Position numbers and translations under genes: made by a program. Below are positions 24,996 through 37,598 of a stretch of 64,000 nt of DNA, in pieces (the first letter of the stretch is position 1; every line of letters starts with the position of its first letter). Source of the stretch: Chiloscyllium plagiosum (taxonomy: Eukaryota); NCBI RefSeq assembly GCF_004010195.1, contig NC_057757.1:2318131-2382130 (forward strand). The letters are read 5' to 3'. Below the pieces are notes generated by a model, which saw only the letters and a list, made by a program, of their open reading frames with translations, searched no databases and was not told the DNA's origin.

Positions 24996-25850
24996 GATTC
25001 CGCCAGTTCCAGTACCAGTACCACCAGTGATTCTGCCAGTTCCAGTACCAGTACCACCAGTGATTCTGCCAATTCCAGTACCACCAGTTCCAGTACCAGT
25101 ACCACCAGTGATTCTGCCAGTTCCAGTACCACCAGTTCCAGTACCAGTACCGCCAGTGATTCCGCCAGTTCCAGTACCAGTACCACCAGTGATTCTGCCA
25201 ATTCCAGTACCACCAGTTCCAGTGCCAGTACCACCAGTGATTCCGCCAGTTCCAGTACCGCCAGTGATACCACCAGTTCCAGTACCACCAGTGATTCTGC
25301 CAGTTCCAGTGCCAGTACCACCAGTGATTCCGCCAGTTCCAGTACCAGTACCGCCAGTGATACCACCAGTTCCAGTACCACCAGTTCCAGTACCACCAGT
25401 TTTTCCGCCAGTTCCAGTACCGCCAGTGATACCACCAGTTCCAGTACCGCCAGTGATACCACCAGTTCCAGTTCCACCAGTGATTCCGCCAGTTCCAGTA
25501 CCAGTACCACCAGTGATTCTGCCATTTCCAGTACCAGTACCACCAGTGATTCCGCCAGTTCCAGTACCAGTACCACCAGTGATTCCGCCAGTTCCAGTAC
25601 CAGTACCACCAGTGATTCCGCCAGTTCCAGTACCAGTACCACCAGTGATTCTGCCATTTCCAGTACCACCAGTTCCAGTACCAGTACCGCCAGTGATACC
25701 ACCAGTTCCAGTACCACCAGTGATTCCGCCAGTTCCAGTTCCAGTACCACCAGTGATTCCGCCATTTCCAGTACCAGTACCACCAGTTCCAGTACCAGTA
25801 CCACCAGTGATTCTGCCAGTTCTAGTACCAGTGCCGCCAGTTCCAGTACC
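24996..25850. repeat. Compound minisatellite built from multiple-of-3 blocks (minus strand GTACTG, GAACTG, GTG, GCGGAATCACTG)
   Basis: Directly visible ccagta/ccagtt/ccagtgattccg array. Three ORFs of about 290-330 aa cross it without frameshift. Confidence 0.95.
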
Positions 25851-25944
25851 TTCAATTCTGTCTTCCCTCGCAGTTCGACTTTGTAGCCCAGGTTGAGGTT
25901 CATTAAAATGGTGACTGTGCTTTCATTCAAGTGGATTCGATAGG
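25850..25944 (-). CDS. GUCY2D: Guanylyl cyclase catalytic domain exon (95 bp, phase 1->0)
   Basis: CAG acceptor; [32 protein letters not shown]. The donor AAG|GTACTG coincides with the start of a tandem array. Confidence 0.93.
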
Positions 25945-26009
25945 CTGAAAACAGAGATATTTCGATTATACCTAAACAGCTGGATAATTATTCCAGGCGT
26001 AGAAAAGAC

Positions 26010-26920
26010 CAGAGACTGAGTTACATCCTGGAATCTACTGAAAGTGCTTGGACAGATTATACAGAGAATAACAGATACCCGGGAGTGAGTTACAGTCTGG
26101 AATCTAATCGAGGGGTTCAGGGTGGTTTATACACAGAATAAAAGATACTCGGGAGGGAGTTCCAGACTGGAATCTAATCGAGGGGTTTAGGGTGGGTTAT
26201 ATACAGAATAACAGATACCCGGGAGTGAGTTACAGTCTGGAATNNNNNNNNNNNNNNNNNNNNNNNNNNNNNNNNNNNNNNNNNNNNNNNNNNNNNNNNN
26301 NNNNNNNNNNNNNNNNNNNNNNNNNNNNNNNNNNNNNNNNNNNNNNNNNNNNNNNNNNNNNNNNNNNNNNNNNNNNNNNNNNNNNNNNNNNNNNNNNNNN
26401 NNNNNNNNNNNNNNNNNNNNNNNNNNNNNNNNNNNNNNNNNNNNNNNNNNNNNNNNNNNNNNNNNNNNNNNNNNNNNNNNNNNNNNNNNNNNNNNNNNNN
26501 NNNNNNNNNNNNNNNNNNNNNNNNNNNNNNNNNNNNNNNNNNNNNNNNNNNNNNNNNNNNNNNNNNNNNNNNNNNNNNNNNNNNNNNNNNNNNNNNNNNN
26601 NNNNNNNNNNNNNNNNNNNNNNNNNNNNNNNNNNNNNNNNNNNNNATACAGAATAACAGATACCCTGGGAGTGAGTTACAGACCGGAATCTAATCGAGGG
26701 GTTCAGGGTGGTTTATATACAGAATAACAGATACCCAGGAGTGAGTTACAGACTGGAATCTAATCGAGGGGTTCAGGGTGGTTTATATACAGAATAACAG
26801 ATACCCCGGGAGGGAGTTACAGACCGGAATCTAATTGAGGGGTTCACGATGGTTTATATATAGAAAAGCAGATACCATGGAGTGAGTTACAGACTGGAAT
26901 CTAATCAAAAGGTTTGAACG
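26010..26920. repeat. ~70-bp tandem satellite (ATACAGAATAACAGATACCCGGGAGTGAGTTACAGACTGGAATCTAATCGAGGGGTTCAGGGTGGTTTAT), interrupted by a 402-N gap
   Basis: Units start at 26646, 26717 and 26787; further units lie left of the gap. Confidence 0.92.
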
Positions 26921-27609
26921 GTTTGCAAGTTATTACAGTAATTCTGTTAAATGATTAAATGATCATGGTGCTACTGGGGAGGCAGTTCCGGCACTCTGAC
27001 CCAGCGATGCTTAAGCAACAGCCTCATAAGATGAACTAAACGCCTCATAGGGAGTTTATGGCCATGACCATTTGATTCAGGGCATGGGATGGAGCTCTGC
27101 GGATGTGCTCTACAGGGCTCACTCCTCTACCTTTCGGAAGTGTCTGTAAGGGCTTAGTCCTATCTCAGTGAGATGCTCAGTGGTCGCTTTAGTGATTGGC
27201 AGTGGGTAGGTATTGTTTTGGACAGGTGTAGCACTCCTCCTGTAACCATAGCCACTCAACAACCCAACACAGAAAGCAACTAAAATTAAATAGTGAGTTC
27301 ATTTTCAGAACCCCTTTCATACTCTTAGCAGACCCACTGTGCATGACAGCCTAGGTAACAGGGTAACCATGGCAACCGATTCATCCATAACAAGATCTTA
27401 CTATACTGCTCGTGGGAATGGCCACATCAACTGTTTATCCTCGGTGATGCTGGTCGAGTCAAGATGCCTGGGTGAGAACCCACCACATCTCTTCGCCACC
27501 ACCTTCCACTCCCCACTCAAAACTCTCCTTCAAAATGGTGGTCATAGAGCCATAGAGATGTACAGCACAGAAATAGAATCTTCTATGCCCTTGAGAAACC
27601 TCGCCTTCA

Positions 27610-27765
<156 letters not shown>

Positions 27766-28495
27766 TCACCACTCTTCCACTCTTTTAACCGAGAGCCGCC
27801 ACCAGAAAGTCCTTTCCTTTCGTTTGTCTGTCGTTCAGCGAGAGAAGCAGGATGCTCACCCTCCCGCAACCAAACGCAAGAGCTGCTCCAACAACACCTT
27901 GCATTTGCATAGTGCTTTTCACATGGTGAAGCATCGCTGGAGCAAGATTCAACATGGACTACGTGTGGATTTGTAAGGATGGGTTGCCAAAAACCTTATC
28001 AAACAGGGTAACTTTTTAAAACTAAACATTTCCATTTCTATAGTGCCTTTCTTTGATCACCGGATATCCTAAAGAATTCTGGTCACTGCCGCACTGCTAT
28101 TCATGGGAGTTTTGCTGTCTGCTACCTAGAGGCCATACTTCCCATGTTCCAACAATGACTCCCCTAGATGTAGGTTTGCTCGCTGAGCTGGAAGTTTCAT
28201 TTCCAGATGTTTCGTCACCCTACTAGGTAACATCTTCAGTGGACCTTCAGGCAAAGCACTGTGCATGATTCCTGCTTTCTACTTATATGTTTGGGTTTCT
28301 TTGGGTTGGTGATGTCATTTCCTGTGGTAATGCCATTTCCTGTTCTTTTTCTCAGGGGATGGTAGATGGGGTCTAACTCGATATGTTGGACATCTACCAC
28401 TCCCCTGAGAAAAAGAACAGGAAATGACATCACCAACCCAAAGAAACCCAAACATGCAGAAAGTAGGAATCATGTACAGTGCTTCGCCCAGAGGC

Positions 28496-28535
28496 CCACT
28501 GAAGATGTTACCTAGTAGGGTGACGAAACGTCTGG
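28496..28535 (+). ncRNA. Minimal hammerhead ribozyme motif (family C) in palindromic element 28166-28610
   Basis: CCA-CTGAAGA-T-GTTACC/TAGTAG/GGTGAC-GAAA-CG-TC-TGG, with stem I CCA/TGG; mirror copy on the minus strand at about 28203-28242. Confidence 0.65.
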
Positions 28536-29911
28536 AAATGAACCTTCCAGCTCAGTGAGCAAACCTACATCCAGAACCTCAACCTGAGCTACAAATCTTC
28601 TCAAAACTTGCTAAGTGACTGCCCCTTGGAAAATGTATTTCACTAGCGGTAATGCATTTTGGGACATCCCAAAGATGTTAAAGGAACGCGCTAAAATAAA
28701 ACAAGGAACTGCCGATGCTGGAAATCTTAAACAGAAATAGATATTGTTGGAGAAACTCAGCATGTGTGGCGGCATCAGTAGAGAGAGAAACAGAGTTAAC
28801 ATTGACTTAGAGGTGCCGGTGTTGGACTGGGGGGTGGACAAAGTTAGAAATCACACAACACCAGGTTATAGTCCAACAGGTGTATTTGGAAGCATTAGCT
28901 TTCAGAGCGCTGCTCCTTCTACCTGCTGAAGGAGTGACGCTCCGGAAGCTGGTACTTCTAAATACACCTATTGGACCATAACCTACTGTAGTGTAAGAGT
29001 TAACATTAACTGTGTTTTCCCTCCACAGACACTACCAATCCTGCTGAGTTTCTCCAGCAACTTCTGCTTTTGTCATTTTAGAAATGCAAGCTGTTTCTTG
29101 TTTTTAATTCACTCTTTTCGACTCCCTCCAAGCTTTTGTCCAGAATGTTAGTTTTCTTTTCCCTCTGGGTTGTGGTTGTCACTGAAAAGGCCAGCATTTG
29201 TTGCCTATTCCTGATCACCCTCAAACTGAGGGGCTCGCTGCATCATCTCAGAGGGTGGTTAAGAGCTGACATGATCACGGTGACTCTGGAGTCACATGCA
29301 GGCCAGACCAGGTAAAGACAGCTGATTTCCTTCCCTGCAAGAATCCGATGGGATTTCAACCACTGACCTTTCTCTTTATCATTCACTTGTAGAACATAGA
29401 AGGTGACAGCGCAGTACAGGCCCTTTCAGCCCTCGAAGTTTGCGCCAACCTGTGGAACTAATCTGAAGCCCATCTAACCTACACTATTTAATCATTCATA
29501 TGTTTATCCAATGACCATTTAAATGCCCTTAAAGTTGGCGAGTCTACTACTGTTGCAGGCAGGGCGTTCCATGCCCCCTACACTCTCTGAGTAAAGAAAC
29601 TACCTCTGACACCTGTCCGATATCTATCACCACTCAATTTAAAGCTCTGTGCCCTCGTGCTAGCCATCACTTGTATCACTGGCTGGGCCAGTATTCATTA
29701 GTTGTCCTTGAGAAGATGGGATGAGCTCCCTTCTTGAACCGCTGCAATCCACATGCTGTAGGTAGACCCACACAATGCCATTAACTGAAATTAAATCCCA
29801 CCCAATGCTGTGGGGGGATCCGAACCAGTGTCCCTACTGTATTAGCCCGGGCCTCTACATTGCCAATGACATAAACGATGTACTGCCATCTCCTTTGAAG
29901 AAAAGACTTAT

Positions 29912-30264
29912 GGGCGGCACGGTGGCACAGTGGTTAGCACTGCTGCCTCACAGCGCCAGAGACCCGGCCAGAGACCCGGGTTCAATTCCCACCTCAGGCG
30001 ACTGACTGTGTGGAGTTTGTACGTTCTCCCCGGGTCTGCGTGGGTTTCCGCCGGGTGCTCCGGTTTCCTCCCACAATCCAAAAAATGTGCGGGTCAGGTG
30101 AATTGGCCATGCTAAATTGCCCGTAGTGTTAGGTTAAAGGGGTAAATGTAGGGGTATGGGTGGGTTACGCTTCGGCGGGTCGGTGTGGACTTGTTGGGCC
30201 GAAGGGCCTGTTTCCACACTGTAAGTAATCTAATCTAATCTAATCTTGTAAGTAATCTAATCTA
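29912..30264 (+). mobile_element. HE1-type V-SINE, full length, (TAATC)n tail
   Basis: gggcggcacggtggcacagtggttagc head with A/B-box-like motifs; nearly identical to 63053-63365. Confidence 0.92.
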
Positions 30265-30295
30265 GAAGGCTAAACGTTTGACAGCCGGGACGTAC

Positions 30296-30470
30296 CTGAG
30301 TGCAATCCGACTCGGATCCGCACTGGAACCTCGGGCATGTGCCTCATCTTGAAGGTGCCGATGCTGCTGAGGATGTCCAGGGACATGTTAGCAATTTCTG
30401 CCGCATGTCGGTCCCCATTGCGAGTCGGAAGGCCGGATGCTACCATGTACGCGTCTCCAATCGTTTCAAC
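30296..30470 (-). CDS. GUCY2D: Guanylyl cyclase catalytic domain exon (175 bp, phase 0->1); not in the ORF track
   Basis: CAG/GTACGT boundaries; [58 protein letters not shown] (guanine-specifying Glu, second metal-binding Asp). Confidence 0.96.
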
Positions 30471-30559
30471 CTGAAAGCACAGACTGCAAGGCTGATCCAG
30501 CAGAGCAGGAGGCCGCTCACTCGGCCAGTCGTGGCCCTTTCAGAAACATTGCTGACGGA

Positions 30560-31240
30560 TCCCTGCTGTAGCAAGGATGTTGTGGAACTTGGAAGAGTTC
30601 GGAAAAGATTTACAAGGATGTTGGAGGATTTGAGCTACAGGGAGAGGCTGCATAGGCCGGGGCTGTTTTCCCTGGAGCGTCGGAGGCTGAGGGGTGACCT
30701 TATAGAGGTTTATAAAATCATGAGGGGCATGGATAGAGTAAATAGGCAAAGTCTTTTCCCTGGGGTGGGGGAGTCCACAACTAGAGGGTATAGGTTTCAG
30801 CTGAGAGGGGAAAGGCACCTGAGGGGGCAACGTTTTCACACAGAGGATGACACATGTATGGAATGAGCGTTTATAAAATCATGAGGAGCATGGATAGGTC
30901 CAGTAACCCTTCTTCAGTACCTTTTCCCAGGGGTGGGGGAGTCCAAATATAGAGGGCATAGGTTTAGGGTGAGAGGGGAAATATCTAAAAGAGACCTAAG
31001 GGGCAACCTTTTCACTCAGAGGGTGGTGTGTGTATGGAATGAGCTGCCAGAGGAAGTGGTGGAGGCTGGTACAATTGCAACATTTAAAAGACATCTGGAT
31101 GGGTATATGAATAGGAAGGGTTTGGAGGGATATGGGCCGGGTGCTGGCAAATGGGACTAGATTAATTTCAGTTATCTGGTCGGCATGGACGAGCTGGACC
31201 GAAGGGTCCGTTTCCATGCTGTACAGCTCTTTGACTCTCG
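30560..31240 (+). mobile_element. CR1 3' fragments (partly duplicated)
   Basis: FSLERRRLRGDLIEVYKIMRG and WNELPEEVVEAG motifs. Confidence 0.88.
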
Positions 31241-32419
31241 ATAGTAATGCTGGAAAGGAATAGTGAGTATAACCTATTTGCCATATGCTTGTCAGGACTC
31301 AACACAAGAAAACCACATTTCGAGAGGACAGTGTATACAACACGAGAGGAAGGTGCTGCTTGGTGGGACTATGGTCGGCATGGAGACACACCAGGAACAG
31401 TTAACAAATCCTGTTCTGAAGGGTTGCTAGACCCAAAAAGTCAACTCTGCTTTCTCCCTCCACAGATGCTGCCAGACCTGCTGAGTTTTTCCGGCAAGTT
31501 CGGCTTTTGTTTCTGTACAAATCTCCATTGCAACTGACGTGCGTGGAGCTTCCCAGCGCAACTTAGTGGGAACATTGACGATGGTAGTCCATCGACGGAA
31601 CCTGAAATCAATCATGGCTTAATCTGGAAAGTGGCCAGACTTTTCGCTGACAGAACTGAATAAAATGTTCCCGGTGTGTTTATTGTTCATCTCTAATTGC
31701 CCTCTTAAGATTTATAAGCATTCAGATGTGCACTTGCGGTGTCAAGGATGTGGGCCAAGGACTGGGAAATGGGATTAGAACAGTTAGGTACTGAAGGAGG
31801 GTTACTGGACCTGAAACATTCACTGATTTCTCTCTCACAGATGCTGCCAGACCTGCTGAGCTTTTCCAGCAACTTCTGTTTTACAGCATCAGTAGTTCTT
31901 TCAGTTTTTATTCAGAGTAGTCAGGTGGTTGTTTATAACCAACACAGATTTGATGGGCCAAAGGGCCCTTTCTCAGTGTTTGCAGACCTCTATGACTCTA
32001 ACTCAGTGGCTTGCTAGGGTTATAAGTGAGAGCAGGTAGGAATCAGCCATATCACTGAGGGTTTGGAGAGGAAGAGCAGAATTCCTTCCCTATGTGCATT
32101 AGTCCGATGACAATGCAAAGCTTCACGGTCATCATTTCAGTGTTTTCTTCCAAATACATTAATTAAATGAATTTCAAATTTACCTGTTGGGATTTGAACT
32201 TATGACTCCGGATGATCAGTCCAGGCCTCTGGGTTATTAATCTAGTGGCTTTACCACTGGGCTACTGTCCCAGTAAGAGTCTCAATGGACATAGAAAGGA
32301 GAAGAGGGTATTAAGAGTCAGAGACACACAAACCACTTCTTTCCCCAGACAGCAGTGAGGGAATGGAACTGGCTCCGAAGGCAGTGTTATCGAGGTGAAC
32401 ATTGTCCATATATTTCAGG

Positions 32420-32870
32420 GCATGTTTGGTCTGCTTTCCTTTATTGGTCAGAGTGTTGAGTACAGGAGTTGGGAGGTCATGTTGCGGCTGTACAGGACAT
32501 TGGTTAGGCCACTGTTGGAATATTGCGTGCAATTCTGGTCTCCTTNNNNNNNNNNNNNNNNNNNNNNNNNNNNNNNNNNNNNNNNNNNNNNNNNNNNNNN
32601 NNNNNNNNNNNNNNNNNNNNNNNNNNNNNNNNNNNNNNNNNNNNNNNNNNNNNNNNNNNNNNNNNNNNNNNNNNGCTGCCAGAGGAAGTGGTGGAGGCTG
32701 GTACAATTGCAACATTTAAGAGGCATTTGGATGGGTATATGAAGAGGAAGGGTTTGGAGGGATATGGGCCGGGTGCTGGCAGGTGGGACTAGATTGGGTT
32801 GGGATATCTAGTCGGCATGGACAGGTTGGGCCGAAGGGTCTGTTTCCATGCTGTGCATTTCTATGACTCT
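32420..32870 (+). mobile_element. CR1 3' fragment spanning an N gap
   Basis: LYRTLVRPLLEYCVQFWSP...LPEEVVEAG. Confidence 0.85.
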
Positions 32871-33249
32871 AAACATGCAAGAAAGAAAAGAACAGAGAGA
32901 TGGGGGCGGGGATTGGTGAAATGCTGAAGAGATGGAGAAGTTTCACATGAAGGGCCTAGAGTGAGTTTTATTAAAATTTATTCATTTTGTGGGGTGTGGG
33001 TATCTTTGGCTGGGCCCAGCATTTATTGCCCGTCCCTAGTTGCCCCTTGAGAAGGTGGTAGGCTGAGCTGCCTTCTTGAACCGCTGCAGTCCATCTGCTG
33101 AAGGTTGACCCACCCAGTGCCATCAAGGAGGGAATTCCTGGATTTTGAGTCAGTGACAGTGTTTTATTTGACATCAAGGAACGGCTTTCCAAGTCAGGAT
33201 GACAAGTGGCTCAGAGGAGAACTTGAAGGTGGTGGTGTTCCCGTGTATC

Positions 33250-33549
33250 TGATTAGATTAGATTCCCCTACAGTGTGGAAACAGACCCTTCGGCCCAACA
33301 AATCCACACCGACCCTCTGAAGAGTAACCCACCCAGATCCATTTCCCTCTGACTAATGCACCTAACGCTACGGGCAATTTGGCATGGCCAATTCACCTGA
33401 CCTGCACATCTTTGGACTGTGGGAGGAAACCCACGCAGACACGGGGAGAATGTGCAAACTCCGCACAGACAGTTGCTCGAGGCTGGAATCGAACTGGGTC
33501 CCTGGAGCTGTGAGGCAGCAGTGCTAACCACTGAGCCACCGTGCTGCCC
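33250..33549 (-). mobile_element. HE1-type V-SINE
   Basis: Same head, V-domain and tail. Confidence 0.88.
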
Positions 33550-33990
33550 CAAATCTGCTGCCCTTGTTCTTGTAGATGGAAGTGGTTGTGGGTTTGGAAG
33601 GTGCTGTCTGAGGATCTTTGGTGAATTGCATCCTGTAGATGGTACACCTGGTGGGGAGTGTGGATGTGGTGTCAATCAAGCAGGTGCTGCTTTGTCCTGG
33701 ATGGTGTCGAGTTTCTTGAGTGTTACTAGGGCTGCCCCCATCCAGGGGCAAGTGGGAAGTATTCCCTCACACTCCCGACTTGTGCCTTGTTGATGGTGGA
33801 ACAGGCTTTGGGGAGTCAGGAGGGAAATTACTCACCTCAATATTCCTGGCCTCTGACCTGCTGAATGCTTTATACTTGCATACAAAAGTTTGTATAATTA
33901 GGACTGAATAAGCCTCTTACGCACAGCTAGATCGCCTCTGAGTGACCGTCTGAATTTGTCAAATACAACCTGACAAAGCTGAGCTGTTCA

Positions 33991-34257
<267 letters not shown>

Positions 34258-34639
34258 CTATCAGGGAGAACAGCGCTTGACGCAGGGGCATGGGTATCAC
34301 TGGGATGGCCATTATTTGATGCCCCTCCCTAACTGACCCTTGAGAAGGTTCTGGTAAGCCACTATCCTGAGGGCAGTTAAGAATCAACCAGATTGGCTGT
34401 GGGTCTGGAGTCACATGTAGGTCAAACCCGACTAAGGAAGGCAGATTGCTGTCCCTAAGGAGCGTTAGTGAACCAGATGGATTTTTTTTTAAAAAAACGA
34501 TTGGTGGCCAGGCATGTTGAAAGATGTGTTAGAGGATCATTGTGTTTGTAAATCGACGCAGAGAGTGTAAAAGCAAGGAGACGATGCCACACCTGTATAA
34601 GTCATAGGTCATTCCTCATTTGGAGTATTCATTCAATCC

Positions 34640-34961
34640 CTACAGTCTGGAAACAGTCCATTCGGCCCATCGAGTACACACTGACCCTCCGAAGAGCATC
34701 CCACCCAGGCCCAATCTATCCCTGTATTTCCCATGGCTAACCCAATTAGCCTGCACATCCCTGGGCACTATGGGACAATTTAGCACGGCCAATGCACCCT
34801 AACCTGCACATCTTTGGCCTATGGGAGGAAACCAGGGCACGTGGAGGAAACCCACACAGACATGGGAAAAATGTGCAAACTTCACACAGACAGTCATCCC
34901 AGTGTGGGATCGAACCCGGGGCCCTGGTGCTGTGAGGCACCACTAAGCTACTGTGCCACCC
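34640..34961 (-). mobile_element. HE1-type V-SINE
   Basis: Same head and V-domain. Confidence 0.82.
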
Positions 34962-35983
34962 TAGCTCTGGGCACCTTTTTTAAGGAAGGATGTTAAAGCC
35001 CTAGAGAGCGAGAGAATGATACCAGAAATGAGGGGTTTTAGATACAAGGAAGGATTAGAGAAACTGGGCTTATTGTCTTTGGTGTCATGGTAACCTTACT
35101 AAGGTGTCCAAAGTAATGAACAATTTTGACAGGGGAAACAAGGATGTTCGATCTCCAGTAGCAACTAGGGGGTCACAACTTCAAGATCGTCAGCAAGAGA
35201 GCTAGGAGTGAGACAGGGAGAACCGTCTTTACTCAGAATTGTTCGGATTTGGAATGTGTTCCTGTGGGAGACTGATGTAGGCAGATTCCATTGGAGCCAC
35301 ATACATGGGACCTTGATTATCTGAAGGACAATCAAGGCGGGGAGTATTTCGTTCGGTTAATCAAATTCCAGATAATCGAGTGCCGGATAGTTTAGCCAAG
35401 CATCGGGACCTTGCAATGTTGCCGGATATCCCAATATTTGTATAATTGAGTGCCGAAATATCGAGGTTCCTCTGTATATTTGACAGCGATGAATTTAGAA
35501 GGTGAGAGAGGGGGACTAGCTGGGTATTGGAGGGAGAGATGTGAAGGAACATCGGGAAGCTGGGAGAGAATGAGAGAGCCTCAAGATCCTCCAGAACAGC
35601 CAATGAAGTAATTGAAGTGCAGTCACTATTGCCAGTTAGATATCATGGCAGCCAATTTGCGCGTGTTCTCACATGCAATAATGCCCACATAATCGATTTT
35701 TAGTGATGTTGGATATCGGGGAGACATCCCTGTGATTCTTTGCAAAGAGGGGCCGCGGGATTATTTTTATATTCACCTGATAAGCTAGACCTTGGTTTGA
35801 TGTGCTGTCTGAAAGTTGGGGTCTCAGACAGTGCAGTACTCCCTTAATACTGCACTGGGAGAACCGTGGTTGGGATGTCCACCCAGCTATGTCACCCACA
35901 GCCTCCTCTCCCTCAGCCCGACGCCTCTGTTCACAGGAAGACCGAAGGGGTAGGTGGGGTTTGTGGGTACGTTTGGCACTCAC

Positions 35984-36222
<239 letters not shown>

Positions 36223-36467
36223 TTAATTCATTAGATGTTGGGATCACTGTCTCGACCAACGTTTATTGCCCATCCCTAATTGCCCAGAGGGCAGTTAAGA
36301 GTCAACCACATTGCTGTGGGTCTGAAGTTACATGTAGGCCAGACCAGGTAAAGATGGTTGGTTTCTTGCCTGAAGGATATTAATGAACCTTTTTCGGTCA
36401 ATCAATATGATCATCATTAGATTCTTATTTCTAGATTTTCATTTTACTGAATTCAAATTCCATAATT

Positions 36468-37090
36468 TGGCATACTTGCCTTTATTGGTCAGAGTATTGA
36501 GTACAGGAGTTGGGAGGTCATGTTGCATCTGTACAGGACATTGGTTAGGCCACTTTTTGAACACTGCATGCAATTCTGGTCTCCCTATTCCAGGAATGAT
36601 GTTGTGAAACTTGAAAGGGTTCAGAAAAGATTTACAAGGATGTTGCCAGGGTTGGAGGGTTTGAGCTACAGGGAGAGGCTGAACAGGCTGGGGCTGTTTT
36701 CCCTGGAGTGTCGGAGGCTGAGGGGGGTAATCTTATAGAGGTTTATAAAATCATGAGGGGCATGGATAGGATAAATAGACAAAGTTTTTTTTTCCTGGAG
36801 TCGGGGTGTCCAGGAGTCCAGAACTAGAGGGCATTGGTTTAGGATGAGAGGGGAAAGATATAAAATGGACCTAAGGGAGCAGCTTTTTCACACAGAGGGT
36901 GATACGTGCATGGAATGTGCTGCCAGAGGAAGTGGTGGAGGCTGGTACAATTGAAACATTTAAGAGGCATCTGGATGGGTATATGAATAGGAAGGGTTTG
37001 GAGGGATAGGGGCCAAATGGGACTAGATTAATTTAGGATATCTGATCAGCATGGACAAGTTGGGCCGAAGGGCCTGTACAACTCTATGAG
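36468..37090 (+). mobile_element. CR1 3' fragment
   Basis: LYRTLVRPLFEHCMQFWSP...GLFSLE plus 3' UTR. Confidence 0.88.
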
Positions 37091-37449
37091 TCGATCAGCC
37101 GTGGCAGGATTTGAGCTCGGGTCCCCAGAATATTACCAGGGTTCTTGGATTAACAGGGTTTATGCCAGAAACGTCAATGCTCCAGCTCCTCAGATGCTGC
37201 CTGACCTGCTGTGCTTTTCCAGCACCACACTCTCGACTTCCTGGTTTAACAGCCCAGAGACAATGCCACGAGGCCATTGCCACGCCTTTTCACTTTGAAA
37301 TCATCAGGACACAATGCAAGAATGCCATAATTTCAAACAATGCATACTGCAGGAGACAAGAGTGCAAAAAATTTGTATATTTTACACAGTCAATTTTGGA
37401 GCCTCTAACAGCTCCGAGAGTGTGCCCGGGTGGGAGAGGTGGTGCTGAC

Positions 37450-37598
37450 CTGGTCAAAGATCTGGTCAAAGTTGGGTCGTCTCTCAGGCTGCTCACTCCA
37501 ACATTGTTTCATGATCTGGATACACTCCATGGGAGCAAGATCTGGTGAGACGGAGGGCCGGCACAGTGGCGGAGGCTTCTGTACTTTCTTGACAATAT
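37450..37598 (-). CDS. GUCY2D: Guanylyl cyclase kinase-homology domain C-terminal exon (149 bp, phase 1->0)
   Basis: CAG/GTCAGC boundaries; [49 protein letters not shown]. Confidence 0.95.

Noticed and set aside
24987..25896. Plus-strand Ser/Thr-rich (mucin-like) and Pro/Val-rich ORFs as genes
   Set aside because: They are by-products of the 3n minisatellite, lack an ATG start or signal peptide, and are antisense to the cyclase.
29912..29995. tRNA gene
   Set aside because: It is the tRNA-derived head of an HE1 SINE, continuing into the V-domain and LINE-like tail; the same holds for the other copies.
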